Shown: in pieces, positions 1 to 10,659 of the stretch
Layout: every line of letters starts with the position of its first letter
Numbering within the stretch: the stretch's first letter is position 1
From: Candidatus Borrarchaeum weybense
Lineage (GTDB): Archaea > Asgardarchaeota > Sifarchaeia > Borrarchaeales > Borrarchaeaceae
DNA: 64,000 nt
Direction: 5' to 3'
NCBI GenBank assembly: GCA_019057385.1
Contig: JAHQJS010000006.1
Span: 96,001 to 160,000 of the forward strand
The notes under the pieces: generated by a model
Told to the model about the DNA's origin: nothing
What the model saw: the letters and a program-made list of their open reading frames with translations, nothing else
Database searches by the model: none
Translations under genes and position numbers: made by a program

Positions 1-1957
1 TTAGGACTAAGTAACTAGTTCTGTCAAAAGCATTATGATCTACAATATAATAATGTTCGTCAATCCGTCCCCGTTTCCTATCAGGGACAATAACATATGT
101 TATACTGTATTTATAAATGATCTCTCTCGATTCTTCGCAGTCTGGATTAAAAAATGCTCGTTCACATTCATCCCACATAACTTTTAGTCCTTGATCATCG
201 CTTCTATCAAAAAATGGTTGATTTCGAAAGAAAACGGTTTTTCGTTCTGTGATAACAGGAACCCAGTGCCCATTGTACCAAGGTGAGTTAAGAATAAATG
301 CATCTTCAGGCGTATTATTCTTTATCCATCTCATAGCGGCAAGATCAGAACTTGTCGAGAACCTATATCTGGGCCAAATTAGATAAGAGTGCAAATAGTG
401 CCAAGAAGAACGTGTTACATCATCAGCGAGCGTAGGGGCAGTGTAAATAGGAAATATCATACCACTTGTAATTGAAAGCACCAGTAGTACTCCGCCCTTT
501 GGGCCGGTACAGAAAATTTTTTTTCTTAGTTGAACTAGATTCTGAATAATGATGGTTTTTGGATTCGTACAAGTGATTTGTCTTACTGCGTAATGAGTAA
601 ATTGAGCGGCGAGAATGCTGAACGGAACAATAGGACCGCGCCAACCAAGACCAAAAGCGTATATGTATAATGACACCCTCAATGGTAGAAATAGTGATAT
701 AAAATCGTTAATAATACTGAATGTAGAAAAATCGATAATCATTAAAACCCACGTTATTAAGAAAACGTCTCGCTTCTCACGTCTGAGTGATCCGAGGCAC
801 ATACCCAAAACCGCAACTAAAGGTACAATAGCACCATTGTGAGAGACCATCTCTCTCAATATGTGAATTCCTGGAGAATATCTTAACTGTCCACCGATAC
901 TTTCGCTAAGAAATAGAGGTAACTGCAAGATTAACCAGAGCAGGGTCAATAGGAACGCGATACTCGGTATCAAAAGCATTACTGTGTAGTCTTGAAGATT
1001 GGGCGATTTTTTTGATAGCCATACGGTAGCAAAGAAAGGCACTTCAGCCAGAACGAAGAAAATGAAAGAATCTGGGTGCGAGAGAAATAGGGATGAAAGC
1101 GCTAGTGCTGCGATTATAACATTACCGATTCTGTTAGATTTGTTATCCAACGCTTTGAAGAAGGTTGAAAAACAAACAAAAATGATCAAGCAGCCAAGTA
1201 CACTTGTGAAACCTGAATCTGCTAAGGCGCTGAATAGACCTCTCCCAATAACAAGAAACGCACAAATGAGCAAGCCAAGCCTATTATCTCCAAATTGTCG
1301 CCCAACGCTCAAAGCCGCCGGAAAAGTCATTAACCAGAGAAAATACGCTATCCCCAACATGGCATAGTTGATAGGCGTTGAAAGTAGATCAGAAAGAAAT
1401 GCCACCAAAATAAAAAAGCCTGGAGAATAGAGCCACTTGATTTTAGGATAGAATGGGGCCAGCGTATTAACAGTCCCTCCCATTCGCACAGTAAGCGCCA
1501 AGTAGCCGAATCCTTGCGCGTCAACATCACCTGGAATTTCAATAGTCATCAAAGTCCAAACTGCGAAAATCACAAGTAAAAGAAAAAACACAACGAAAAC
1601 GAACGCTTCCTTTGAAAGATTGATCCTTAAAATATTTTTAAAATCATCCCGAAATCCACGTGCCATACAATAAGCACTTACTAGCAATATTCCCAGGATT
1701 ACATTTGCGAATAAGACAGACCAGTATGAATACCCCCAGATTGAGACAACACCAGAAGAAACTACAACAAAAAGAGCTATACCGATCCCTGGGGATAACA
1801 GTAACTTATCCACAGCATAGAGTTCAGAAATTAATGAAAGAAGCAAATAACCGGGGAAAATAACAACCATGAGAACTAACCATATTGTTAGAACAACCCC
1901 AATCATCATTAAAACAAAGCCACCTTCCACTAGTATGAAGAGTCTCCCTATTATCAT
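1..1957 (-). CDS. Polytopic GT-C-fold membrane glycosyltransferase (DUF6541/AglB-like architecture), 3' end beyond the window
   Basis: Not in the ORF track. Manual translation gives an uninterrupted frame of at least 652 codons from ATG 1957 (alternative ATG 1909) to the edge. It has many TM segments, an acidic first loop (PGDVDAQGFG) and a C-terminal AAMRWIKNNTPEDAFILNSPWYNGHWVPVITER segment. Confidence 0.85.
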   Translation of the reverse strand, partial: MIIGRLFILVEGGFVLMMIGVVLTIWLVLMVVIFPGYLLLSLISELYAVDKLLLSPGIGIALFVVVSSGVVSIWGYSYWSVLFANVILGILLVSAYCMARGFRDDFKNILRINLSKEAFVFVVFFLLLVIFAVWTLMTIEIPGDVDAQGFGYLALTVRMGGTVNTLAPFYPKIKWLYSPGFFILVAFLSDLLSTPINYAMLGIAYFLWLMTFPAALSVGRQFGDNRLGLLICAFLVIGRGLFSALADSGFTSVLGCLIIFVCFSTFFKALDNKSNRIGNVIIAALALSSLFLSHPDSFIFFVLAEVPFFATVWLSKKSPNLQDYTVMLLIPSIAFLLTLLWLILQLPLFLSESIGGQLRYSPGIHILREMVSHNGAIVPLVAVLGMCLGSLRREKRDVFLITWVLMIIDFSTFSIINDFISLFLPLRVSLYIYAFGLGWRGPIVPFSILAAQFTHYAVRQITCTNPKTIIIQNLVQLRKKIFCTGPKGGVLLVLSITSGMIFPIYTAPTLADDVTRSSWHYLHSYLIWPRYRFSTSSDLAAMRWIKNNTPEDAFILNSPWYNGHWVPVITERKTVFFRNQPFFDRSDDQGLKVMWDECERAFFNPDCEESREIIYKYSITYVIVPDRKRGRIDEHYYIVDHNAFDRTSYLVL

Positions 1958-2476
1958 TCTCTGAGGAGTAAAAAATCTACCCGCTAATGTAGATTCTTGT
2001 TTCCATTTACAAATTGGAGTAATACGGTCGCAATTCATTTAAAAATTTAAGCAAAAATATTGCTAAAAGAAGTTCAATGATTCTCTTTTTGCAATAGTTA
2101 TGAAAAGAGGAATAGATTGTTCTCAATAAAGAATTACTTCTTTTAAATTAGAAAGGAGCAAGTATCTGAACGGAGAAACTTCCTACATCCCAATGGTGAT
2201 AAACAACTTCCAATTGTTATATAGTGGCGTATTGAAAAAAAGCATCATTCACTGAATTACTCTGAAGGAAACCCCCTTAATAGATTAAGTAATCGTTAAT
2301 GAGATTTAATCCAGAAAGGACATATAAGTTATTGATGAAATATCGATTTTAACTTTCAAAAGGATGTCAACACTGAATAAATCCTTGCTTTGCCATTTAA
2401 ACTCGCGATCTATAAAATAAAATGCCTATTAAAGACATATGAAGAAGAATCCTTTACTTTATTGGATGCATCAAAA

Positions 2477-3631
2477 ATGGACATATTACAAATTCTTCCA
2501 TACTTCTCTCCTAAACATGGAGGATCTGCGACCTCACCATATCAAATCAGTAGAGCCCTTAGTAAACGTGGGCATAATGTAACGATTTATACTACAGATT
2601 TGGACACAAAAAAATCCTCCTTTGAGATTAATTCAGGCCTACGCGTTATACAATTTCATTGTGTAGCAAATATTGGAGGATTATTAATAACTCCAGCTAT
2701 GGGAAACCAGTTGAAGAATGAAATAAAAGACTTTGAAGTAATTCATGCACACAACTTTAGAACATACCAAAATATAATAGTCCAACGCTATGCGAGAAAA
2801 TGCAAAGTCCCCTATATTTTACAAGCTCAAGGATCTATGCCAAAGATAGGAAAGAAAAAAGGTAAATGGTTTTACGACCAACTCTTAGGCTTCAAAATAC
2901 TAAAAAATGCTTCTAAAGTATTAGCTTTAACCGAAACAGAAGCTAAGCAATACAAACAGGCAGGTATTCCTAGCAGTAAGATAGTTATAATACCAAATGG
3001 CATAGATCTCTCAGAATACAATGATCTCCCGCTTAGGGGGATGTTTAGAGCAAAATTTGGGATAAACGAAGATAATAAGATAATATTGTTTCTTGGGAGA
3101 TTACATTGGATTAAAGGTATAGATAACCTCCTAAGGGCTTTTGCCAGATTAAAAAAAGGATCGAAATTTGACAATATCCTTCTAGTTCTAGCTGGCCCGG
3201 ATGATGGATTTTTGTCAACACTAAACTCATTAATAAACAAACTAAGAATAAAAGACAGCGTTTTAATAACAGGCCCTCTTTATGACAGGGAAAAACTTGA
3301 AGCTTACATAGATGCAGATATCTATATTCTACCATCTAGATATGAAACTTTTCCTATGACTGTTCTGGAAGCAATAGCATGCGAAACACCAATCATTTTA
3401 AGTGATAAATGCGGAATCACGGCAACAATAAAGGATAAGGTTGGAATAGTCGTTAAACCTTCACCTAAGGAAATCCAAATCGCTTTGTTACAATTATTGT
3501 CGGATGAGGATCTCCAAAAAAGGTTCAGAGATAACTGTAGGATAATACTGAAACAATTCGACATTGCAAATATTGCTGTAAAGCTTGAGAAACTCTATAA
3601 TGAAGTCATTGAAGTTAGCGATCCAAAATGA
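2477..3631 (+). CDS. Glycosyltransferase family 4 (GT-B)
   Basis: MDILQILPYFSPKHGG N-terminus, FLGRLHWIKG, ETFPMTVLEA (EX7E). Start moved from TTG 2390 to ATG 2477 to match the family N-terminus. Confidence 0.93.
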   Translation: MDILQILPYFSPKHGGSATSPYQISRALSKRGHNVTIYTTDLDTKKSSFEINSGLRVIQFHCVANIGGLLITPAMGNQLKNEIKDFEVIHAHNFRTYQNIIVQRYARKCKVPYILQAQGSMPKIGKKKGKWFYDQLLGFKILKNASKVLALTETEAKQYKQAGIPSSKIVIIPNGIDLSEYNDLPLRGMFRAKFGINEDNKIILFLGRLHWIKGIDNLLRAFARLKKGSKFDNILLVLAGPDDGFLSTLNSLINKLRIKDSVLITGPLYDREKLEAYIDADIYILPSRYETFPMTVLEAIACETPIILSDKCGITATIKDKVGIVVKPSPKEIQIALLQLLSDEDLQKRFRDNCRIILKQFDIANIAVKLEKLYNEVIEVSDPK

Positions 3632-3689
3632 GCTGCAATCTCATTCCTAATGCACAAATTCTTCTGTGAATGTATCAACAATAAGATCA

Positions 3690-4700
3690 TTACAAAAAGT
3701 AACCTCTCATCTCATTTGCTAGTTCTTGCTCTTTTGAAGTCCTCAAAAACCTGGCTAATTTGTATATTAAAAACTTAAACGGGGAATCCATGACAATTTT
3801 TGCCAAATTTTCGCTGTAAAAGAGAGGTATTGATGCCATGTCAATCATGGTTTTTCTAATATGAAATTGTAACCTATAATGTTCCAAACTATCATTAATT
3901 TTTATTTGTTGTAGTTTTGTTGTACCCAATCCTTCTTTTTCCGCAATGAAAATATGATGAACACTCTTAGGAGGAATGCCCATTATGTTCGCTCCTAAAG
4001 AATCTGCCACAACAAGATTATTAGAGAGTAATAACAAATCTAATGGTTTTGCAATTCCGAACATTGGTCCATGTCCATCTAAAGCAAAAGTTCCATCAAT
4101 TACAATTAGTTTAGGAGGTAATGATTTCGCTATTAGTGCCAGTTTATAACTCAGCTTTTTGTGAAAGAGCCCTCTCATCGTATCGGGATAACAACCCCAC
4201 AGGTTTTTTATGCCAAGAGAAACTTTTGTTATCACATGCACTTTTAAAACAGGAACTGAAATGAAACAATTGACTTCATTATCTAAAAGAAGTTTTGGTA
4301 ACTGAACCTTCACCTTTTTTCCTTGAATCTTCTCTTCAACAAATGCCGAGGGAAGTCTTGATAGATTAACTAAATCTACACCAACCTTTCTACAAATCTG
4401 GTACATGTTATGCCCCTTAAATGCTTCATTGGCTTTGAATGAATGATTTCCGCCATCAGATTCTCCCACAATTACATGTTCAGCCCTATCTTTAATTATT
4501 TCCAGCAAATTTTGGAGCACTTCAGGGTTGGTAGTAACCCCTTCTTTATAATAAGGAAATGTAAAATTTGGCTTTATAAAAACGATAGAGTCTTTTTTAA
4601 CTTGGCTTCTCCAGTTAATGAACTCTAGGCCCCTTAATAAATTTTCTTTCAGATTAGTAATTTTTGACACATAAGCTAGATGCCTATTCACTTTTAACAT
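3690..4700 (-). CDS. DUF362 domain protein
   Basis: IKPN, TTNPEV, VGESDG, VPVLKVH, SLGIKNLWGC and IDG..ALDGHGP motifs. Confidence 0.85.
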   Translation of the reverse strand: MLKVNRHLAYVSKITNLKENLLRGLEFINWRSQVKKDSIVFIKPNFTFPYYKEGVTTNPEVLQNLLEIIKDRAEHVIVGESDGGNHSFKANEAFKGHNMYQICRKVGVDLVNLSRLPSAFVEEKIQGKKVKVQLPKLLLDNEVNCFISVPVLKVHVITKVSLGIKNLWGCYPDTMRGLFHKKLSYKLALIAKSLPPKLIVIDGTFALDGHGPMFGIAKPLDLLLLSNNLVVADSLGANIMGIPPKSVHHIFIAEKEGLGTTKLQQIKINDSLEHYRLQFHIRKTMIDMASIPLFYSENLAKIVMDSPFKFLIYKLARFLRTSKEQELANEMRGYFL

Positions 4701-4703
4701 ACC

Positions 4704-6062
4704 TCATCCAATACATCGTGAAAAATCCGTCTGATCCACTTTACGAATCACATTCGTGTATTTGCCTGACTTTAAATGGAATCGACCCTTCAATGCTTCT
4801 AAAATCAAAACAAGCCCATAAGCTGATAAGATGAATAATAGCGGTTGAATTGGAACTCTGTATCTTGGCAGAACAAATGTGATAGAATAAAGTAAAGTGA
4901 AACCTAGGAATGGAACTAATAACGGCATGAGTTCTTTAATCCTTCTTCGCTCGTAAAACAGGGCGCCAATAGCTAATAAAAGCAGTGGCGCATATAATGC
5001 CCGTCTCAACGGTGGAGATTGCTCGGGTAGTATCTTTGGGAACCACCAGAAATCTACCATCTTCCGTAAACTATTGAAAAGAGTTTCCAATATATGACTG
5101 GAAATGTAAGACCTGGCTGAATCATAAAACATACGCTCAATTTCCCCCTCCTTTGTAAGCCCAGTATTTACGACCATTTCACTTGGATACCACGGTGGGA
5201 TACCTGTTTCCGTGTACTTTGCGTTATTTCCCCGCCAAAGGTTGAACCCGCTTCCCTTTATGAAAACAAAATTGCCCTCATATACCATGAGGCATCTTAC
5301 TTCCCAAGGCAATATTACTAGTCCGCAAAAAACTACTAGGATCGATATTGCCATTACTTTTCTTTTTAAAGAAGATTTAGGTAGAGATTTAGAAGAGAAA
5401 GCATTAAATGATTTTCTTCTTATCCAAGAGATGACAATCCATAAACTCATTAGACTAAAAACTGAGATGATTACAGGCTCAACCAGTAAAGAGAAACCGT
5501 ATAGTGCACCACAGGCTCCTGCTTTCCTGTGTGTTGGTTTTTTCTGAAGGTCATATGTAAAAAAGATCAATATAGGTATCAGAAAAGTTGTAAACACTAT
5601 TTGATGAAATGAAGCCACAGAGTAAAGGAAGTCAGGATAAACCGCAAAAAGCATACAGGAAATTACAGCTGTTCTCTGAGAGAAAAACATCCTTGACAAG
5701 TAATAAATTGGAAAAATAGTGAGACTCCCAATAATCACTTGAATTAGTTGAACTGCTAGTAGGGCTGTTTGGTTAACTCCAAACAGCAAAAAAAAGGTTG
5801 CAAGAAAGAACGGATAGAAAGGGGCCATAATACATGTTGGTTGTAACTGGGTCACTGGTGGGAAATAACTATACACGAACCCCCTTCCTTGAATAAGATG
5901 GAGGGCGATCTCTCCATTTTCATATAGGTTTTGTTGTTGCCCCATAACAAGAATCGTAATGATTCTTAATACTAGCGCGAATGTGAAAAGGAATGCTAGA
6001 ATCTGCTTCTTATTGACACTTTGTACAAACTTAATAACTTTCATAGACCCCACTACTGACAT
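4704..6062 (-). CDS. GT-C-fold membrane glycosyltransferase (PMT_2/ArnT-like)
   Basis: About 10 TM segments, ALVLRI, IA..L..GRGF, APFYPFFLA, ILPW..R, PRYRVPIQP. Confidence 0.85.
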   Translation of the reverse strand: MSVVGSMKVIKFVQSVNKKQILAFLFTFALVLRIITILVMGQQQNLYENGEIALHLIQGRGFVYSYFPPVTQLQPTCIMAPFYPFFLATFFLLFGVNQTALLAVQLIQVIIGSLTIFPIYYLSRMFFSQRTAVISCMLFAVYPDFLYSVASFHQIVFTTFLIPILIFFTYDLQKKPTHRKAGACGALYGFSLLVEPVIISVFSLMSLWIVISWIRRKSFNAFSSKSLPKSSLKRKVMAISILVVFCGLVILPWEVRCLMVYEGNFVFIKGSGFNLWRGNNAKYTETGIPPWYPSEMVVNTGLTKEGEIERMFYDSARSYISSHILETLFNSLRKMVDFWWFPKILPEQSPPLRRALYAPLLLLAIGALFYERRRIKELMPLLVPFLGFTLLYSITFVLPRYRVPIQPLLFILSAYGLVLILEALKGRFHLKSGKYTNVIRKVDQTDFSRCIG

Positions 6063-6128
6063 TGAGTTTTATACCTTTACTAATATGAAATTACGACATC
6101 CTAATGTTCTGAATGCTCATCCAAAGAA

Positions 6129-7370
6129 CTAAGGGGAAGTCTTATTATTCAAATGCGTAAAAAGTTTTTCGTATTTCAAACAGCACACTTCTATGGTAAA
6201 GTTATTTCTTGCAAATTCGGCTGCATTTTTACTTAACTTATTCACTAAATCTGGTCTATGATATAACTCTAAAATAGTCTGTGCAAACTTTTCTGGATTT
6301 TTAGGTACTACACAAAACCCACACTGAGCTTTTTGGATTATTTTTGGTACATCCCCATTTAGAGGGACATTAGCAACAACAACTCTTCCCGCAGCCATTA
6401 TATCGTTTAATTTCCTTGGAACCGCTGGATAAGTTACCTTATTTTTATCTAACGTAACTAAGCAAATATCTGCTGCTGCTAACAACCTTGAATATGCTCG
6501 CCTAGGCTGAAATGGCAACATGATCACATTATACAATTTCAAAGAGTTTACTTTTCTCTCAATTGTTTTTTTCTGTGGACCATCTCCAACTAACACAAAG
6601 ACTATATTTTTCTCGTCATTAAGTATTGCTGCAACTTTTACGATAGTTTCAAGATCCTGTGAGTAAGACATTATCCCAGCGTAAGCTATAACAAATTTAT
6701 CCTCGATATTTAATTCCTTTCGAAATTCATTATGTTTTTCTGAGACTCGAATAGTTCTATCATGCCAATTTGGAATTATTGCAATTTTGCTTTCATGAGT
6801 TTTTGTTGCAATATACCTTTTGTTACTTTCTGAATATACTATCACCTTATCTGACAGAACGTAAATCAGCTTCTCAAGTATTTTGAATATTTTGATTAAT
6901 ATTGGATTTTTTAAAAATCCTAAGTCAATTACAGCCTGCGGGTAGAGATCCTGGATAGTGATAATTAAAGGTATTCGTCTTATTTTACTTAAAAGCCAGC
7001 CCGCAAATACGATTGGCAAAGGAGGAGTATACACTATAATTATATCAGGTTTAGAAAATAACCCGCCGAAAAAAATTAGAAATGGAACTAAGAAATGTTC
7101 TATTCCTCGCAAAGTCGGGGAATATTTGGGGGCTGGACTTCGCAATCTTATTACATTAATACCATCTAGCTTTTCTTTTAGAAAAACTCCTCGTCTGTAT
7201 TTTAAAGGCAGATGTGGATCTTCCTTAGCAAGGTTATATTCTCTAGGAAAGGTTGTCACTACTGTTACTTCATGCCCTCTGTCCGTCAATCCTCTGGCAA
7301 ATTCGTAAAATAAATGAGAAGCGCTTCCTATCTCTGGAGGAAAATACATCACTAGTAACATTATCTTCAA
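6129..7370 (-). CDS. Glycosyltransferase family 4 (WbuB-like)
   Basis: YFPPEIG, QDLYPQ, YAGIMSYSQDL, VPRKL..IMAAG. The GTG at 7379 lies inside the SD (GGTGG), so TTG 7370 is the likelier start. Confidence 0.92.
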   Translation of the reverse strand: MKIMLLVMYFPPEIGSASHLFYEFARGLTDRGHEVTVVTTFPREYNLAKEDPHLPLKYRRGVFLKEKLDGINVIRLRSPAPKYSPTLRGIEHFLVPFLIFFGGLFSKPDIIIVYTPPLPIVFAGWLLSKIRRIPLIITIQDLYPQAVIDLGFLKNPILIKIFKILEKLIYVLSDKVIVYSESNKRYIATKTHESKIAIIPNWHDRTIRVSEKHNEFRKELNIEDKFVIAYAGIMSYSQDLETIVKVAAILNDEKNIVFVLVGDGPQKKTIERKVNSLKLYNVIMLPFQPRRAYSRLLAAADICLVTLDKNKVTYPAVPRKLNDIMAAGRVVVANVPLNGDVPKIIQKAQCGFCVVPKNPEKFAQTILELYHRPDLVNKLSKNAAEFARNNFTIEVCCLKYEKLFTHLNNKTSP

Positions 7371-7616
7371 AGAATCCACCTATAAATTACCAAGAGTGCA
7401 TATATTTAACTTAATTTAGAATTGCTTTGTCGAATTCCAAGACCTGTCATGTAAAAAATGTTAGATGCCAACTAAACAACTCTTTAATACTTAAGTTTTT
7501 TAACTTGCATGTAAGGAGTGACTTATTTTAATGATTGTAGGCGTGTGCAAAACGACTGCACTTAGTAATGTAGAATCTGGAATGTTATCTGGAATCTGCC
7601 ACAAAGGTGATGATAA

Positions 7617-8570
7617 ATGCAGGTCAAGAAAAAACTAAGAGCATTGCGATCAGTGGGATTTAGAGAAGCAGCTAAGCTAATCCTCAGCGAGTTCCTTTTC
7701 GGGAAAGGATTTACATTTTTTGAAAGATTTGGTATCCATGTATTGCCAGTTCATTACTCAAGTCCTGTTCCTGACACACGCGAACTTCGCAAAAATCTAA
7801 ATGAATGGTATAGGGAATGGAGTTTTACTGGTGTTGATTTTAATATAGACGAACAGATAAAACTTCTTGATAGTCTACGTGGATACGGGCTTGAATGTAA
7901 TGATTTACCTCATTATGAGAAAGTGGCCGCGCAAGGTTTTGGAGCAGGCTATGGCGAAGTAGAGTCACATATTTTACATGCTATGATTCGTTACTTCAAT
8001 TCCCGTATTATTATAGAGGTGGGCTCTGGAATTTCAACATTCTTCGCAGTAAATGCGTTATCTCTAAATAAACGAGAGAAAGAGTTAGATTCAAGGATGA
8101 TTTGTATAGAGCCATATCCGCAGCTGTCACTTAAAAAAATTGAGGGCGATTGTAAAATTGAAATAGTACCCAAGTTAGTGCAGCACTTTGATGTGGATTT
8201 CTTTAAAATTTTAGGAAAGGGAGACATCTTGTTCATCGATTCTAGTCATATTGTCAAAATAAACAGTGATGTAAACTATTTGTTTTTAGAAGTGCTTCCT
8301 AACCTGAATAAAGGTGTGGTCATTCATATACACGATATTCCCTTTCCGTATCCAACACCCAATCCAGATTACTTCATATTTAGGAGGCACCAGTTTTGGA
8401 CAGAAGCAGCATTGGCTCAAGCATTTCTTGTACATAATTTTGCATTCAGGATATTATTATGTTCCAGTTATTTACACTATAAAGCACCAGAGGCATTAAG
8501 TTCAGTATTCAGCATTTATGACTCAAAGAAACATTTTCCGGCATCTCTCTGGTTACAGAAGGTTCTCTAA
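7617..8570 (+). CDS. Class I SAM-dependent methyltransferase (Methyltransf_24-like)
   Basis: IIEVGSGIST, CIEPYP, LFIDSSH, HIHDI; SD AGGTGA upstream. Confidence 0.9.
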   Translation: MQVKKKLRALRSVGFREAAKLILSEFLFGKGFTFFERFGIHVLPVHYSSPVPDTRELRKNLNEWYREWSFTGVDFNIDEQIKLLDSLRGYGLECNDLPHYEKVAAQGFGAGYGEVESHILHAMIRYFNSRIIIEVGSGISTFFAVNALSLNKREKELDSRMICIEPYPQLSLKKIEGDCKIEIVPKLVQHFDVDFFKILGKGDILFIDSSHIVKINSDVNYLFLEVLPNLNKGVVIHIHDIPFPYPTPNPDYFIFRRHQFWTEAALAQAFLVHNFAFRILLCSSYLHYKAPEALSSVFSIYDSKKHFPASLWLQKVL

Positions 8571-8712
8571 AGTAGCATTATTAAGCGAAGTTGACAAGTA
8601 AGTTAAGATTAAAAACTCTCTGGAATGATAGGAAACACGATTAGAAATTCCCTGCCACGTCTATACCCAATCCTTTTCCTTTTGAAGAATATATCCAAGA
8701 ATTCTCTTTTAT

Positions 8713-9711
8713 TCAAAACTCTGCAGTCTTCTTTATATTCTCCCAATTTTCAATAAACCACTCGTGGACTTTTTTCAAACCATCTTTGAATTCTATCTCC
8801 GGTTTGTAATTTAAAAGCCTCTTTGCTTTTTCAATAGAGGATAGGAGTCTGTGCTTGACATCCCAATTTCTTCTTTCTATGTATTTAATCCCTGCATCAT
8901 TACTCGTAAGTCTATTCACTAGGTTGGCAAGATCTATAACTCGGTGTTCTTTTCCAGAACCAAGGTTAAGAGCTTCTCCGATCGCCTCATCTTTTATACC
9001 CATCTCTAATAGACCATTTACTATGTCTTCTACGTAGGTCCAATCTCTTGTTTCAGCTCCATCGCCTGTTATCGGTAATTCAAGTCCGTTCATAGCCCAA
9101 TAAAAGAAGTTTGGAATGACATTTCTGTACTTTCCCGGCACTTCTCCTGGGCCATAGACATTGAAGAACCTCGCATTAACGATGGGTAGATCGTATAGAT
9201 TGTAGAAATAGTTTGTATACAATTCCCCGAGCAATTTGGTTACCTGATAGGGTGTGTGCAGACTGATTGAAATATCATGTTCCTCAAAGGGTATCCTTGA
9301 CTCCAATCCGTAAACACCACATCCTGAAGAGGCATAAACAAGTCTTTTCACGTTCACAAGCTGTGTATATTGCAGTAACTTTAAAGTCCCCATCCCATTG
9401 ACCATTAAGTCTATTTCGGGATTGTCCACTGAATTCTGATTTGCAAAATGTGCCGCTAAATGGAAGACATAATCAGGTATTTCCTTAAAGACACGCCTCA
9501 ACATTTCATCATCGAGAATGCTTCCTTTCACAAATATAATGTTTCTAGCCTTTGGAATATTCCACTTATACGCTGCTGATAGGTCGTCTAAAATGATTAC
9601 TTTTTTTGCATTCAATTCTGCTATTTTACTGCACAAATTACTCCCGATGCAACCTGCACCACCAGTTACTAACACAACCGTGTTTTCGTATTCTGAATGC
9701 ACTGTTTCCAT
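8713..9711 (-). CDS. NAD-dependent NDP-sugar epimerase/dehydratase (extended SDR)
   Basis: TGGAGCIG, HLAA, YQVTK (YxxxK), RFFNVYGP, TRDWTYV. Confidence 0.93.
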   Translation of the reverse strand: METVHSEYENTVVLVTGGAGCIGSNLCSKIAELNAKKVIILDDLSAAYKWNIPKARNIIFVKGSILDDEMLRRVFKEIPDYVFHLAAHFANQNSVDNPEIDLMVNGMGTLKLLQYTQLVNVKRLVYASSGCGVYGLESRIPFEEHDISISLHTPYQVTKLLGELYTNYFYNLYDLPIVNARFFNVYGPGEVPGKYRNVIPNFFYWAMNGLELPITGDGAETRDWTYVEDIVNGLLEMGIKDEAIGEALNLGSGKEHRVIDLANLVNRLTSNDAGIKYIERRNWDVKHRLLSSIEKAKRLLNYKPEIEFKDGLKKVHEWFIENWENIKKTAEF

Positions 9712-9713
9712 TT

Positions 9714-10655
9714 TCAATCACTTATCCTATAATACCACTTCATCCATTCGACTGTTCTTCTAATTCCTTCCTTTGGAGGGATCTTTGGGTCATGTTTTAA
9801 ATCCTTAATAGCCTTTGAGCAATCTATTGTTTTTATTTTTGTTGTAAATGGTTCTGTCAATTTATAATTGACAGTTAGGTCGTCTTTTCCTAATGTTTTC
9901 AAAATTAAATCTGAATATTCTTTGATATCTTTCTCCCATTCCGATCTTCCACCAACATTATACGCTTCTCCTGGAAAAAAATTCTCTAATATATTGGCGA
10001 AAGTTCTCACAGAGTCATCTACATAGTCAATTATTCTCTTATGACCCTGATAAACAATATAGGGCTTATTGAAGAGTGCATGAAATATAAACTTCGGAAT
10101 AAATCCCTTGTAAGGTGTGTAGTGCTCACCAGGACCATAACAATTGACTGGTCTTACTCTAACGGTCTCCGTTCCAAACATCTGTGCTGAATTCATGCAC
10201 ATTAACTCCCCCGCCCATTTTGTTATTGCATAGTCATTCATCTGATAAGTATCCTTTATGGGATTGTTAACCATAACCTCTTCTTTCATTATTCCACTGT
10301 AATCTCCATATACTTCCGCACTTGAAAAGAAAATCAACCGAAACTTCAGTTTCTCTTGCAGACGAATTATATGCTTTGTCCCGACAACATTTGTAGCCCA
10401 TAGATTTTCATAATAAGCTTCACCGTTCCAGCGACCATATTCTGCGGCTAAATGATAAACATAATCAAAATCCCATTGATCAAATATCTTTTCTAACTGC
10501 CTATATTTCCTAACATCTGCTCTTATGTAATCTTCCCTATCTGTATTAAATAAATCCAAAGCGATTACTTCATACTCCCTTTTTTTCAATTCATTCACTA
10601 GATTTGTTCCTATGAATCCTGCTCCACCAGTCACTAAAATACTTATAGATTCCAT
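9714..10655 (-). CDS. NAD-dependent NDP-sugar epimerase/dehydratase (extended SDR)
   Basis: TGGAGFIG, SSAEVYG, YAITK, NCYGP. Confidence 0.93.
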   Translation of the reverse strand: MESISILVTGGAGFIGTNLVNELKKREYEVIALDLFNTDREDYIRADVRKYRQLEKIFDQWDFDYVYHLAAEYGRWNGEAYYENLWATNVVGTKHIIRLQEKLKFRLIFFSSAEVYGDYSGIMKEEVMVNNPIKDTYQMNDYAITKWAGELMCMNSAQMFGTETVRVRPVNCYGPGEHYTPYKGFIPKFIFHALFNKPYIVYQGHKRIIDYVDDSVRTFANILENFFPGEAYNVGGRSEWEKDIKEYSDLILKTLGKDDLTVNYKLTEPFTTKIKTIDCSKAIKDLKHDPKIPPKEGIRRTVEWMKWYYRISD

Positions 10656-10659
10656 ATCA

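Noticed and set aside
2333-2376. TGATGA...CTGA as a C/D-box sRNA
   Set aside because: No internal D'/C' boxes or recognisable guide; such short motifs are frequent by chance
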